From the IMG/VR virus record IMGVR_UViG_2547132255_000004: a stretch of DNA of 44,605 nucleotides; one strand, 5' to 3'. How positions within the stretch are numbered: the stretch's first letter is position 1; every line of letters starts with the position of its first letter. Shown here piece by piece: positions 44,312-44,605 of this stretch. This DNA is from a virus. Taxonomy: Duplodnaviria > Heunggongvirae > Uroviricota > Caudoviricetes. The notes under the pieces are model-generated. The model had not been told where the DNA came from. It did no database searches and saw only the letters and a list, made by a program, of their open reading frames with translations. The position numbers and the translations under genes are program-made.

Positions 44312-44605
44312 ATGGATATAAGCCCCTTACTTCATGCACTTTGTGCTGTGGCTGCGCAGATACTGGTTGGTCTTTTTACCGGAAACTGGGCTTACGGAGC
44401 GATAGCCGGTTGTACGTTCTTCATTGCGCGTGAACATACCCAGGCAGAATATCGCTGGATTGAAATGTTCGGGCATGGCAAGCGAATGAATATGCCGTGG
44501 TGGGGCGGTTTTGATCCGCGAGCTTGGGATGTGGCAAGCCTGATGGATTTTGCTGTGCCGGTGGTGGCGTGTCTGCTGGTCTGGCTGTTGGTTAATCGTG
44601 GGTGA
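44312..44605 (+). CDS. Hypothetical small membrane protein (97 aa, two predicted TM segments)
   Basis: Hydrophobic N-terminal (LLHALCAVAAQILVGLF) and C-terminal (LMDFAVPVVACLLVWLLV) segments; RBS AGGAGG upstream; stop at the window end. Confidence 0.45.
   Translation: MDISPLLHALCAVAAQILVGLFTGNWAYGAIAGCTFFIAREHTQAEYRWIEMFGHGKRMNMPWWGGFDPRAWDVASLMDFAVPVVACLLVWLLVNRG

Overview
The window is essentially one near-complete lambdoid (phage lambda-like) prophage of an enterobacterium, read from the int end (int stop codon at bases 1-3, so attL lies just upstream, off-window) to the side-tail-fibre region. Order: int-xis, small accessory genes, exo-bet-gam recombination module, a remodelled early-left region, cI/cro immunity region, O-P-ren replication module with an iteron origin inside O, a short nin region (ninB, ninE, ybcO, rusA, ylcG), a phage-82/DLP12-type Q, an nmpC-type porin moron, lysis cassette (S21-type holin, ydfR-like gene, SAR endolysin, Rz/Rz1) with bor opposite, cos, then the full lambda head and tail gene sets (Nu1 to J), lom, and a side tail fibre gene. 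Many proteins are recognisably near-identical to lambda from memory (Exo, Gam, P, Ren, Nu1 to I, Rz, Bor); others are mosaic. The prophage looks decayed: an IS21-family (IS100-like) element interrupts bet, and O and stf are each frameshifted at a poly-A run. Most interesting are two accessory cassettes in classic prophage cargo positions: a two-gene operon in the rexA-rexB slot downstream of cI (a minimal nucleotidyltransferase-like protein plus a 363-aa partner), and a two-gene cargo between ren and ninB (a zinc-ribbon protein plus a small protein with an Rx4H HEPN-like motif). A prophage lipoprotein with a TonB C-terminal-like domain is also notable. All calls rest on reading the sequence and the supplied ORF track, with no database search. 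Coordinates not taken from the ORF track were counted by hand and may be off by 1-2 nt.
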